Origin: Bythopirellula sp.
GTDB taxonomy: Bacteria > Planctomycetota > Planctomycetia > Pirellulales > Lacipirellulaceae
Assembly (NCBI GenBank): GCA_965216565.1
Contig: OZ244170.1
Location: 4,000,001 to 4,064,000, forward strand
Reading direction: 5' to 3'
Length of the DNA stretch: 64,000 nucleotides
Position numbers and translations under genes: made by a program. The notes beneath the pieces were generated by a model. That model was not told the origin of the DNA, did no database searches, and saw only the letters and a program-made list of their open reading frames with translations. This document shows positions 48,574 through 59,500 of the stretch, one piece after another (the first letter of the stretch is position 1; every line of letters starts with the position of its first letter).

Positions 48574-50271
48574 CTATCGAGTTGAGCACTGCACGCAGGG
48601 GTCGAACACAATCAGTTCCCCTAATGCTCGTTTGAGTTTGACTTGTGCGACGGCAAATGAGGTTTGTGCGCCGACCAACAGCTGTTCTTCATTCACAAGC
48701 CGGTCCTCCGCATCGAGCAGGTCAACCAAAAAAAGGCTTGTTGACTGATCGTGACCGGGCAATTGTTTCCATCGTTGATAGAGATAGTCAACTTCAGCCG
48801 CGGTCGCAGCTAGGGCGGCACGTCGAGACTCGAGCAGTGCATGGGCGACATACACTTCTCGCAGAACGATCTCCACCTCAGCACTAATTTCAGCCATTGA
48901 AGCATCGAGCTGATGGCTTACCCGACTCAGCTCGAGCTGGCGTTGGAACAACTGTGACTTCGCCCGCCGATTTCCGAGAGGCATTTCGAAAAACAATCCA
49001 GCTGTGTAGCTTGGCGCACCCTCAGCGAACTGGTCACCGAGTGCCCTGCCTAGCTGGGCGTCTCCCTGCAGTCCGTTGACGTAGGATTCCACGACGAGTG
49101 CTAACGATGGCAACACTTGATTGGCGGCAACATCTGTTTCCACCGCAGCGATCCGCATTTGGGCCATAAGACTGTCGATTTCAGGGCGTTGGGCAAGAGC
49201 CAATTGTCTCGCCACAATCGCAGAGATTTCCACATGATCTTCCCGTGGAATGTCTAGTGGCGCAAGTTCCACATTCGGATGGCTGAGTAACAGGGGCGAA
49301 TTGACTAGCGAGCGGAGTGTTGCCTCGGCATCGCGTACCGAAGCACTTGCACGCAACCAACTTGCTTCGCGGGTGGCGACTTTGGCTTTGGCCCGTTGAA
49401 TTTGGCTGCGAAGTACGTCGATCGCCTGCCGATTTTCCAGATGGTTGAGTATCGCCCGAGCCCGTTGCAGGTTGCGACCTTGTTGCAAAACCAGCGCCCG
49501 CTGGAAGTACAGTTGCCAGTACTGTTCAGCAACGCGAAGCAACTGATCCTGTAGGCCCGCGGCGAACACATCACTGGCAATCCGCACGTCGTATTCTGCC
49601 TGGACAATCACCGCCTCATTGAAGGCACGACCGGCACCACGCAGAAGCGGTTGGGTGACACTGACCGAGAGGCGGGTTTGCGCTTGGTCGTTGGGAATGA
49701 AGAACGTAGAGTTGCTATTCTGATATCCGAGGCGTTGCGCGACTTCGACGGAGGCACCCGACCGTGTTTTTCGCCTCACACCGATATTCTCAGTGAACGT
49801 ATCCTCCAGCAACCTGGGAACCCCGCCCGTTGTTAGAAAGCTACCGACGGGTTCGTCCCGATCAAACCACTTGGCATCGACAAAAGCTACGGGGTCGAAA
49901 GTAGCATCGGCCTGAGTTACCAGGGTCCGACTAATCTGCGGCCCTACACGCAATGCCTGCACTTGTTGCGAGTGTCGGAGTGTTTCTATCGCCAGTTGAT
50001 CGAGGGTTAGCGGTAGCGATTGCGTGCCGGGACGCTGTGGTTGGACCACCAACTGAGACCACCAATCGTTACCTTGCACAGTCGGCAATGTGGTCGAGTC
50101 TAGAGTCAGCGTTTCTTCCACCGGTGGAAGCCGCTCGAGTAGCGGAGTGCCCGTGGCTATTGGTTCCCAATGCTCGCTATTATTGGATTGAGCGCAACAA
50201 ACCGTGACACCGTGACAAAGCACGACGGCTAATCCTATCAATAGCTGAGTTACCCTCTTATCCATCGTCAT
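48574..50271 (-). CDS. TolC-family outer membrane channel
   Basis: Signal peptide, QPLLRG.G, AL..RPE, LPSL.L, PLGNR.A and LLDA, with two helical OEP-like repeats. Confidence 0.85.
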   Translation of the reverse strand: MTMDKRVTQLLIGLAVVLCHGVTVCCAQSNNSEHWEPIATGTPLLERLPPVEETLTLDSTTLPTVQGNDWWSQLVVQPQRPGTQSLPLTLDQLAIETLRHSQQVQALRVGPQISRTLVTQADATFDPVAFVDAKWFDRDEPVGSFLTTGGVPRLLEDTFTENIGVRRKTRSGASVEVAQRLGYQNSNSTFFIPNDQAQTRLSVSVTQPLLRGAGRAFNEAVIVQAEYDVRIASDVFAAGLQDQLLRVAEQYWQLYFQRALVLQQGRNLQRARAILNHLENRQAIDVLRSQIQRAKAKVATREASWLRASASVRDAEATLRSLVNSPLLLSHPNVELAPLDIPREDHVEISAIVARQLALAQRPEIDSLMAQMRIAAVETDVAANQVLPSLALVVESYVNGLQGDAQLGRALGDQFAEGAPSYTAGLFFEMPLGNRRAKSQLFQRQLELSRVSHQLDASMAEISAEVEIVLREVYVAHALLESRRAALAATAAEVDYLYQRWKQLPGHDQSTSLFLVDLLDAEDRLVNEEQLLVGAQTSFAVAQVKLKRALGELIVFDPCVQCSTR

Positions 50272-50705
50272 CCGTGCGCTTAGATGCGGATCCCCACCTA
50301 GATAGGTCTCCGTTCGTTCCGATATTGCCTTATGTGTCTATTTCGACAGTTATCAGGAGTCCACCGTAACTGATACGGGTATCGTTGCGGCTTTTAACGT
50401 CCAACCTGAATTTGTATTCGACTCAGGGAGCAAAACCGATCAATCACGAACTTGAAGACATATCGCTACAACCATTACATCTTTCCAAGGTCTTCCCGAC
50501 AGTTGCTGCAATGCGATCGAAAGTATCAGCAAGAGATAGCGTCACGACATGCGTGATGGATAGACCGGATAGTAGCTGCTTTTCTAACTTCGGGTAGGAA
50601 CCAGGCGCTTTTGTGCTGGGCAATAACCTACTATTTCAGAGCGAATTGAGTGAGTTGTCCGAACGCTCGCCGCACCTCCCTGCCCCTTTGCCAGACCGCT
50701 ATCTG

Positions 50706-53700
50706 ATGCCCCGATTACCCTTTTGGCAGAAAGCCGCTCGTTCCCCAGACAAGGCTAGTGCGATCCCTGCGGCAACCGTTCAATCGGCCCGCCCGCTCGA
50801 CCTGGCCACGCTCGAAGACCGAGTGTTGTTCAGCGCCGGGCCTATACCCTTGGATGGAACAAGCGGCGAACCCATCGAAACCGCGGCCATCAATGCAGCA
50901 CCGGTTCTCAGCGATATCGATGTAAGTCTCGACGAAATTCTCGAAGACTCAGGCGCTCCCGTGGGTGCCGTGGGAACTTTAATCTCAGATATCGTCGACC
51001 TAACGTCTAGTAGCGCGAGCGTCGATCGCGAGGATTTTGTTCCCTTTTACGCAGCCGCCAACGGCGACAATGCGCAACGCAACATCGGATTGTGGTGGGA
51101 TGGTTGGGACGAATGGGCAACAAAAGCCAAATTGAGCCTGGAAAAGCATGGTTCGCTCTGGATGCACTTGCCTTATGGCAGAATTACACCTGGTCAAATG
51201 GACTTCGATGGCCGTAGCGACGCAGCCGCTGGAGTGCCTCCCCACCACGGACCGCTACCGCATATCTCTGATGGCTTGGCTCATTATCTAGAGCAAGTGG
51301 TGACACCTACCGACGAGTTGTTCTTCTATTTCGGTGCTCCCTACCAAATTTATACAGACGGGATGACTTATACCGAATTTGAAACAGCTGTGCTAACAGA
51401 GTTCAGCGATATTCTGACGTTAGCGGACGACGCCAAAGTGAGTATTGGTTTCGATAATACTTTTGGCCGACCTGCATCGTTAGGAGGGATTTGGTCCGTA
51501 CTGGGCGGACCCACCGGGTATCATGCCCAACTATTTCAAACTGTTGCCTCCTACGGTGTGAATGTCATCTTAGAACCATGGATCTACAAAGGAGCAAGCT
51601 GGGCGTACGACTACGATACCGTTTCGGCAGAACGGTTCTACCGCCTGCAGGAGCTTCACTTAGGTGACGAACCCAAGGGTACAAATTGGGAGAATCGGGC
51701 ATTACTAAACAACGATCACTACCGCTTGCCAGAAGATGCCGATGTCGTCGAATACTACGGTGGCAGTTGGGATACTGCCCTTCGTGAAATTCTATCTATG
51801 GGCGAAATCCCTATGAGCCGACTCGCCACGGATGATTCGCCGTTCCAGCCGTCTTGGATCGAGTTTGCCGACGAATTGATCGATCCCTCTACCCTAATTC
51901 CCTTGGCGGGGTACGACCCACCCGATAGCACAAGCCTTCAGCAGAACTCCATAGATGGGCAGCTGGATTCTATTGAGCTCTTCACTGGCGACCCGACATT
52001 CGCGGCCCTCGCTACCAACTCAACTACCGGGGAGAGCGATTTCACACCCGCGGCTAATCTCGACAATGTTTTCGACTCCGATGGAGTAATTTCAGGTGTC
52101 GCGATTACAGGAGTCAATTCCACCAACGGGACGTGGTGGTACAGCACGAGTGGTGGTGATAACTGGGACGCTTTGGGAACGGTCTCAGACACCTCCGCTC
52201 GTTTGCTCGCTGCCAACCCTCTCACGCGGATATACTTTCAACCGAATGCCGAGTACAGCGGCACAATAGCTGACGCTATTACGTTTCAGGCATGGGATCG
52301 AAGCGACGCAATTGCGAACGGCACTGCTGGTGTCGATGTAACAGCCAGTGGAGGCAGTTCCGCATTCTCAACGGCCAGTGATGTCGCATCCCTCACAGTT
52401 GCCAATACAAACGATCCACCAAGTATCGGTTCGATTTTAAACCAGATCGGTATTGAAGATTCAGTAGTAGGTCCGATAACGCTCACTCTCAGCGACATCG
52501 ATACACCATTGGGAGATCTCATAGTTACTGCTTCTTCCAATGACCAAACTCTAGTGCCCGATGGCAATCTTAGTGTCAGTGGTTCCGGTGCTAGCCGTTC
52601 TTTAACGATCACTCCGGGCCAAAACCAATTCGGCACTGCGACTATTAGCGTGACGGTTGACGACGGCACCGATTCGACCACTGAGAATTTCACGGTAACC
52701 TTTACTCCTGACCCCGATCCACCGGTGGCAGTTGACGATTCCTACGTGGCAACTGAAGACGAGCCTCTGGTCGTGTCGGCCGATGGGCCACTCGCCAATG
52801 ATATTGACCCCGATGGCGATTCACTGACGATGGCAATCGTCTCTGGTCCAACGAACGGCAGCCTTGTTCCGCAGTCAGATGGGTCGTTCGTCTACACGCC
52901 CAATCCAGGGTTCCTGGGTAGCGATCAATTTCAATACACTTCCACTGATGGAACTTTTGTTAGCAACGTTGCAGTGGTGCAAATAGTGGTTCAGCCAAAT
53001 CTGGCACCCCCTCCCCCACCGATAGATCCTTCCTTGGGGCGGCCACCGCAGCTCATCGATCGTCCCCCACGCGAGTCCACTGCGACGACGACTTCAATAG
53101 GCAGCGGCAGCGAAGAGCTAGGGCAAATTGAGTTGCAGTTGGTTTCACCTAATTTGCCGGCCAACCGAGGCGTTCGAGAACTACTGCTCCAGCCGCAAGA
53201 GTCAGTAGAGACCGTTGGGCAAGCTTCAGTAGCCGACACTACGGCAGAGTCTCAGCAAGGAGCAACCACAGAGAATGTAGAAACAAAGACTGCTGTAACA
53301 GAAACGGCTTTGGCAGAATCAGAAGTAACAGACTCTGTGAATATAGATCAATCAGCGGTGGAAGACTCCACAGAGGAAAAAGTTCCCGAGCAAACTGGAA
53401 AAGACACGACCCCTAACGAAACTTTGGACAACCTCGAACCGGTCGCTATAGAAGTTGAACCAGGGGCCGACAAACTTGTCACGAAACTCGAGGCTTCCGA
53501 CCTACAACACGACGCCAAGGATCTGCAGGAAGGATTGGATGCCGACGGAGCGAAAGTGGCAGGCGCGGCACTAGCTACCGGCTGCGGGATTTTGGCCATG
53601 CGCAGCGGCTTCCTCAACGGAATTTGGCAGTGGACGTGCTCCACATGGCAGAGAAAAGACTTACCGCCAACTACCAGCAATGCTCAGGCAACTTCTGGTG

Positions 53701-53762
53701 TGCCAGGGTTGGGCTCAAAGAGCGATTCGCGCGCGGACGACGTGGAAGAGTCGGGGCCCTAG
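50706..53762 (+). CDS. Large LEPR-XLL extracellular/adhesin-like protein with cadherin/Ig-like domains
   Basis: LATLEDRVLFSA; NDPPSI..ED and PPVAVDD...ED...L.ND.D.DGD.L...GSF.YTP..GF.G.D.F.Y repeats; acidic linker; weakly hydrophobic C-terminal segment. Start placed at ATG 50706. Confidence 0.8.
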   Translation: MPRLPFWQKAARSPDKASAIPAATVQSARPLDLATLEDRVLFSAGPIPLDGTSGEPIETAAINAAPVLSDIDVSLDEILEDSGAPVGAVGTLISDIVDLTSSSASVDREDFVPFYAAANGDNAQRNIGLWWDGWDEWATKAKLSLEKHGSLWMHLPYGRITPGQMDFDGRSDAAAGVPPHHGPLPHISDGLAHYLEQVVTPTDELFFYFGAPYQIYTDGMTYTEFETAVLTEFSDILTLADDAKVSIGFDNTFGRPASLGGIWSVLGGPTGYHAQLFQTVASYGVNVILEPWIYKGASWAYDYDTVSAERFYRLQELHLGDEPKGTNWENRALLNNDHYRLPEDADVVEYYGGSWDTALREILSMGEIPMSRLATDDSPFQPSWIEFADELIDPSTLIPLAGYDPPDSTSLQQNSIDGQLDSIELFTGDPTFAALATNSTTGESDFTPAANLDNVFDSDGVISGVAITGVNSTNGTWWYSTSGGDNWDALGTVSDTSARLLAANPLTRIYFQPNAEYSGTIADAITFQAWDRSDAIANGTAGVDVTASGGSSAFSTASDVASLTVANTNDPPSIGSILNQIGIEDSVVGPITLTLSDIDTPLGDLIVTASSNDQTLVPDGNLSVSGSGASRSLTITPGQNQFGTATISVTVDDGTDSTTENFTVTFTPDPDPPVAVDDSYVATEDEPLVVSADGPLANDIDPDGDSLTMAIVSGPTNGSLVPQSDGSFVYTPNPGFLGSDQFQYTSTDGTFVSNVAVVQIVVQPNLAPPPPPIDPSLGRPPQLIDRPPRESTATTTSIGSGSEELGQIELQLVSPNLPANRGVRELLLQPQESVETVGQASVADTTAESQQGATTENVETKTAVTETALAESEVTDSVNIDQSAVEDSTEEKVPEQTGKDTTPNETLDNLEPVAIEVEPGADKLVTKLEASDLQHDAKDLQEGLDADGAKVAGAALATGCGILAMRSGFLNGIWQWTCSTWQRKDLPPTTSNAQATSGVPGLGSKSDSRADDVEESGP

Positions 53763-54118
53763 TTCTCGACAAGATCAGAACGGACACGGTTTTGTAGCAG
53801 CTCCCGACGCGCTCGGCTCAACGTTACCGCTGAGACTTTCCACCCCAATTCCTTGCGGGCAAGTGCTTGGAGCTCTCTCAGGTAGAGACCAGGTTGTTGT
53901 CGAAATTTCGCCAAAAGCCAAGGAGTATAGGGTTCCCAACTTCGCCGACGTCTGCGAGTTGTCTTCGGGAGTACTCTGCCTTCTTCTCGTCTTGTTTGCT
54001 TGATCCGACGGACCCAGGATTCCGAAACTCGGAACTGAGTTGCCACCATGCGAGTATTTCCCCCTGCATCGCAAGCAGCGAGTACGCTAAGTCGAAATTC
54101 AGGCGAATAGGCTTCCAT
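53759..54118 (-). pseudogene. IS630-family transposase N-terminal (HTH) fragment without the DDE domain
   Basis: AYS.EFR..VLAACDAG.....VA..F.VS.SWVRR.KQ..RE.G ... QP...LREL......LG..VS..TL.R. The frame ends at the stop of the convergent gene. Confidence 0.75.
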
Positions 54119-54641
54119 CGTACAACTCGGAAAACATGGAGCACCTGCCTATGGGCTAGGCAAGCGAACCACTCGTCAGTTTTAGGGCGCAATTTGGGGG
54201 GTGTATAAGGTCTACGGGCTAAAGAGCCTGCTGGACGCATGGATAATCTAGGATATATAGGTTAAGCAAATCGGGCGGTCCGGGCCAGCAAATGGTTTTC
54301 ATAAGAACAAGATGAGTGCCATGCAGTCCCAAAAAATGCCTGCCGAGGCGATGGCTACACAGGATTCTGAGCCAAGAAACCCCATTGAGTGTCAGGATTT
54401 ACCGCGAATAGCCACCCTCTGCTATTAGCAGCCAAGGTGACGTACCGTCTTCTGAAATCATCTTTTAACGCGGCAGTAGATACGGCTCAGAATATACCTC
54501 TGAAGAGGTATGTAGATTTGAATAGAGCCAAGTCCGAGCTCTAAACGATTCCTAGATCCAATGGGTGGATGTAGAGAACCGATAGGTCGGTTTCATTTCA
54601 CGGAACGTTCAACGACCCCGTTTCCAAGGTTCCAAATTGCG

Positions 54642-56246
54642 TTAGTTCCGATTCCTCACACCAATACCCTTCTTATACGGTTCGAGGATAAGGCTCGGCA
54701 CAATGCGATCGAACGTACGGCGGAACCACCAGCAGCTATCGGGATTCAGATAGATGATATCCCCTGCCTGGACAAGCACTGTTTCTCGAGAATCGTATCG
54801 CGCTTTGATCAAGTCGACGTGAATCAGCAGTGGTTTGCCGTCGGGACCGACGCGATGAACAGTCACGGTCGTTGGTGAGTTGATGGGGTCGATATACCCT
54901 GCCATCACGACTGCGGTGACCACATCGATTTCGCGTTCACGAGGAAGAATGAATCCGACGCCGATTTCTCGCTCGCGGTCACCGATGGTGAATCGGACGT
55001 TGTTCGTCGTATTGAGTTGTCCCACTACGAAGAAGACTTCGTGCCGGCGACTAGGAACGACCACAACGTCACCGGGCTGTAGACTAATATCTTCTTTGGA
55101 GAGCTGGCTGGGACCAGTTTGCCGCAAGGGAATTCTTAGTATCTGTTTATCGCCTTGAATAATGCGCTGTTCTTGAGACATAGCGTACTGACCCATTTGG
55201 GCAGGCGGCATCATCTGTTGGCAGTTTACATATTGAGGTCGTCCAGGGTGCATGGCACGAGCTACTTCAGGCAACCCGGGCGTCGGTTGAAAGACGTCGA
55301 ACTCATCTCCCATCGCTTGCGGCGTTATTGGCGTTGCTTCGATGTTGGACTGCGGTGCCGGCCACGGTTCACTTAACTGTAACGCGGGCCGGTCAGTACC
55401 TTGCTGAGTGGGGACTGCCAGTGGTTTTGAGACCTTGATGGCACTTGTGGGCGAATTCAATTTAAGGGCAACGTGCTCTGGTTCAGGTGCTCCATCAGGC
55501 ACCCAACAGGTAAGCCCAGGCGAAACTTGTTCGAACCGAGCCATGTGGACGGGGTAATTTGATTGTTGTTCCGTTGCGGACAGCTGAGGTAGCCTCATCG
55601 GCTGGCCATGCATCGGGAGCCGGCGATGGATTTCAATCACATCCGCAGACTCTTCTAGCAGGCCACCAGCCGCGGCTAAAGCATGCCCCACGTCATTTTC
55701 AAACTTTGGAAGGATATGGACGCCCGGTGCCTGGACCTTACCCAGTACAAGAATGCTGGTAGAACTCTTTTCAGCCAGCGTTACGCTGACTCTAGGGTCG
55801 ACCAGAAAGTCTTTGCTATAGGCAGCTGTGATATTCTCCTGAGCTTGCTGAAGGTTCTTCCCTCCGACAATCACAGGTCCTACCAGCGGCAATTGGATTT
55901 CGCCGCTTGCCATCACTTGCACGCGGATAGGATGCACCTCGGCTTGGTCGAATAGCCCTGGGACAGTAATTTCCAGAATGTCATTGGCGCCAAGGATATA
56001 GTCTGCAGGGGGCTGAATCGTAAGATTCGAATAATTGAGCGGTGCCCCGGCGGTTCGAATCGGAGTGCGAAAGCTATCTGGTAAACACCTGGCAGGAATG
56101 CCGTGCGAACGCAAAGGAGCCCAGCAGCCGGAGGCACTACCCAGCACACAAAGTAGCAGCACCAGCGTGACCTCACTAAATCGTGAGCGCAAAGCAGACT
56201 TCTCAGTGCTAGCAGCTTTCTTAGGTGGACGAATACTCGAATTCAT
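54642..56246 (-). CDS. Polysaccharide export protein (Wza/Poly_export + SLBB)
   Basis: Lipobox-like GSASGC, YILG.ND.L.I.V, G.I.LPLVG, V.VLG.V..PG, ALAAAGG and L.PGD.V.VP. Confidence 0.85.
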   Translation of the reverse strand: MNSSIRPPKKAASTEKSALRSRFSEVTLVLLLCVLGSASGCWAPLRSHGIPARCLPDSFRTPIRTAGAPLNYSNLTIQPPADYILGANDILEITVPGLFDQAEVHPIRVQVMASGEIQLPLVGPVIVGGKNLQQAQENITAAYSKDFLVDPRVSVTLAEKSSTSILVLGKVQAPGVHILPKFENDVGHALAAAGGLLEESADVIEIHRRLPMHGQPMRLPQLSATEQQSNYPVHMARFEQVSPGLTCWVPDGAPEPEHVALKLNSPTSAIKVSKPLAVPTQQGTDRPALQLSEPWPAPQSNIEATPITPQAMGDEFDVFQPTPGLPEVARAMHPGRPQYVNCQQMMPPAQMGQYAMSQEQRIIQGDKQILRIPLRQTGPSQLSKEDISLQPGDVVVVPSRRHEVFFVVGQLNTTNNVRFTIGDREREIGVGFILPREREIDVVTAVVMAGYIDPINSPTTVTVHRVGPDGKPLLIHVDLIKARYDSRETVLVQAGDIIYLNPDSCWWFRRTFDRIVPSLILEPYKKGIGVRNRN

Positions 56247-56552
56247 TAGAATCGTTTACCGGCTGGATGGAGGAGTTTCTTACGATGGTGTCAATTTGCA
56301 AAGGTAACTTGCATTGTTTCAGTTATTCGGGCTTTCCCGAATTGAGCGCCAAAACGATTTGCAATACGCATAGACTCACTGCAGAAGGGATACCTTTGCC
56401 AAGCAGATGCCCTTAGCTGACCGGCATATCTTGCCAAGGTTTGGTGCCAGTTTGCCTGGAATAAGAAGTGAGCAAACTCGATTGCTAGCAACCCTAGCAA
56501 TCGCCGAAGGAGATAGTTCGTCGAAAGACCAGATTCTCAGCCGGTCGGTGCT

Positions 56553-59500
56553 TCAGCTAAATGCCCGTTCTAGCAGCTCATCGACAAGCCCTGCCTGTTC
56601 GGCTGTTTCGGATTCGCTAGTGGTAGAGCTTTGTAGATCTAAGTTTTCGCCCGCCCTATCCATCAACGCTGCTTGTCTGGGCATAAATGTCTGAACGAAA
56701 CTTGATTCGACGGTCGATTGCTCGGACATGATACTAGTTCGTTCATCAACGGTATCGCGATCCCAATTTAGTGCCATCGCCGCGTCGATCATCGCATTGG
56801 GTGTCGCTACAGCAGTTCGAGAATCGTTTGCCGAAGATCCCGCTAGTGGCAATAACTCAGTTTGCCCGTAGGTAGACTCCCAGACGGCCAAGTCAGAAGT
56901 GTCGACATCGCCATCGCCGTCACTGTCGCCGTCGCTCTGCAACGCTCCGCTAGAAATGCCGAAACCTATTTGCCAAGCTAGAAAGTCGAGTCCGTCGATG
57001 ACATCGTCGTCCACAAAGTCGGCCGAGGGGACGCCCATTGAAGGCAACAAGCTAGTCGGTGCGATTTGGAGACCAACCAACTCGGCATCGACGATCCCGA
57101 ACTGGCTCCCATCAAAGTAGAGTGGGCTTGTGAATGTTCCACTTGTGGTGGGACCTAAAGATGTCGGATCGAAGACAAATACGTCTTCATCCTCGCCGGA
57201 AACACTCCCTGCAACAAAATCGCTTTGGACTGCCAAGTAGATATTGCCTCCGGCATCCACCGATACGCCTGTTACATCTTCGGGACTGAGACCCACGTCG
57301 CTACCGTCAAAGTACAATTCCCAGGTGCCTGCGGTGTTGTCGCCGAGCGAGGTCGATGTGAAGGCAATAAGGTCGTCGTCCCTGACAGAAAGCCCCAGAA
57401 TCGTATCCGAGCCGGCGATCGAAACTAGTACTCGTCCATCAGGCAGAACATCGATTGCATCAATATCGCTGGATGATCCGTCGAGTCCCACATCACTACC
57501 ATCAAAGAAGAGCTCAAAAGTGCCTTGGGTCGTCTCGCCGAAGTGGGTCCCAGTGAATTTTACGATGTCCATATCCTCGACCGTTCCAGCAATGCCGGGG
57601 ATAGTCACACCCAGCGAGAAAGACAGGAGCAATTCGCTAGGGCTGAGCAAAGTGAATCCATCCACTCGAGCGGCTTCAATTCCAACGTCTGAGCCATCGA
57701 ATAGCACTTCAAATCCGATACCATTGAAGATCAACACATCTTCATTGTCCGCAGTGATATTCCCAACAGTCGAAGTCTGATTGACCCCCAGGAGTAGCAC
57801 AGAATCTTGACCAGGCACAACGGTTACATGGAGCGTATCAGACGAATTTAAAGAAGATGAACCGCCATCTCCTGAGTCTGTGACTTGAATCGTGAGATCG
57901 CCTTCCCCGGTGAAGCCAGGGTCGGCAGCAATGGTAAGCACATGCGAGACAGGATCGATGGCTGCGCTGATACCCGAAAATGAAGAGAGTATCGTAAATA
58001 CTGCCGCAGTTGCCGGGGTTTCGACGTCTGAGTAGAAAGCATCGAGATCGATCGAATTGTCGGTGCCATTCTCGATCAACGAAACATCTGGCAAACCGGC
58101 GAGGCTGGGGGGGTCGTTCACAGGATCGATGTTGATAGAGACTAGTGCGGTGTCACTCAGGCCCCCAGCATCTTGGACCTCGTAGACGAAGCTGTCGGTG
58201 AAATTCTCGCTTCCATCGTGGGTGTAGCCGAAGGTTCCGTCTGCATTTAATGTCAATGTTCCGAAACTGGGGGCGGTGATGGGTGTCGTGGTGACCATCA
58301 ACGACCCAGACGGCAAATCGTTATCCAACAGGCTAAATGCACCACCCACCAACTGCCCTGCCGTACCGCCTTCAGACAGGAAGAGCGAGTCGTCCTGGGC
58401 CTGAAGCGTAGTGTTGCCTGCAGAAGCAGACGGAATGTGAACCGCTACCACATCAAAGGGGCTCAGCCCATAGAGGCTACCGTCCAGGAGCAAATTCGAG
58501 GCATAGTTGCCAGTAGTGTTATTGCCAAGAGTCGTTGGGGAAAAGACGAAGACGTCGTCATCTCTGATATTGCTATCCGCCAAATCGAATGCATCAACCG
58601 CCGATAGGTAGATGTCTCCGTTTTGATAGACACTTAGTGCATCAATGTCTTCTCCCTCTAAGCTCACGTCGCTGCCATCGAAATGCAACTCCCAAGCTCC
58701 CGCCGTGGTACTGCCCAGCGAAGTTGGTGTGAACAAGAAAATATCCTCGTCAGCACCTGTGATGGCCCCAACATCGAATGTACCGCGAGTCGAGACCAAG
58801 ATCCGACCATCTGCCAGCAGGTCGAGTGAATTGATATCCTCACCGCTAGTAGTCAAGCTGACATCGCTACCATCGAAGTACAGTTCGAATGTGCCGCTTG
58901 TGGTGGAGCCCAACTCCGTGGCAGTGAATTTAACGATGTCCGAGTCGTCGACGGTCTCGGCAATTCCAGGGACAGTCCCAGAGGAAGCGAAGGAAAACAG
59001 CAACTCGTTTTCTGATGCGATATCGAATGCGTCGATCTCAAGTCCACTAAGGCCTACGTCCGAGCCATCAAAATACGCACTGAATGATAAGCCATCGAAG
59101 AATGCAATATCTTCGTCTTCGACCGTGATCCCCCCTGGCAGAGTAGCCATCGAATTCAGAGCAAAGTACAGCGACTCCGGTGGATTGGGGATCGTTGTAT
59201 CTACCTCAACGCTCAGCGTCACTGGCACTAACTCGTTGGTGTCGTTGTCGGCGATCTTTGCAGCACCAAAGTTGAGCGAGATTTCGTATGTGCCATCGTC
59301 GAAAGTGCTAGCCACTGGAGAGAGCGTGACCTGGTCGAGAGTGGAATCGTAGGCGAATGTATAATCCGTAGATTCAGTTTGTGGCACTCCATCTTTTGTA
59401 AGAGAAACCGTGGCACTCGTCACCGTCGCATCATCAAGGCCAGAACTAAAGTCCAGCAATGAGATCTCCAATGAACTCTGGACTGTGTTTACTAGGACTG

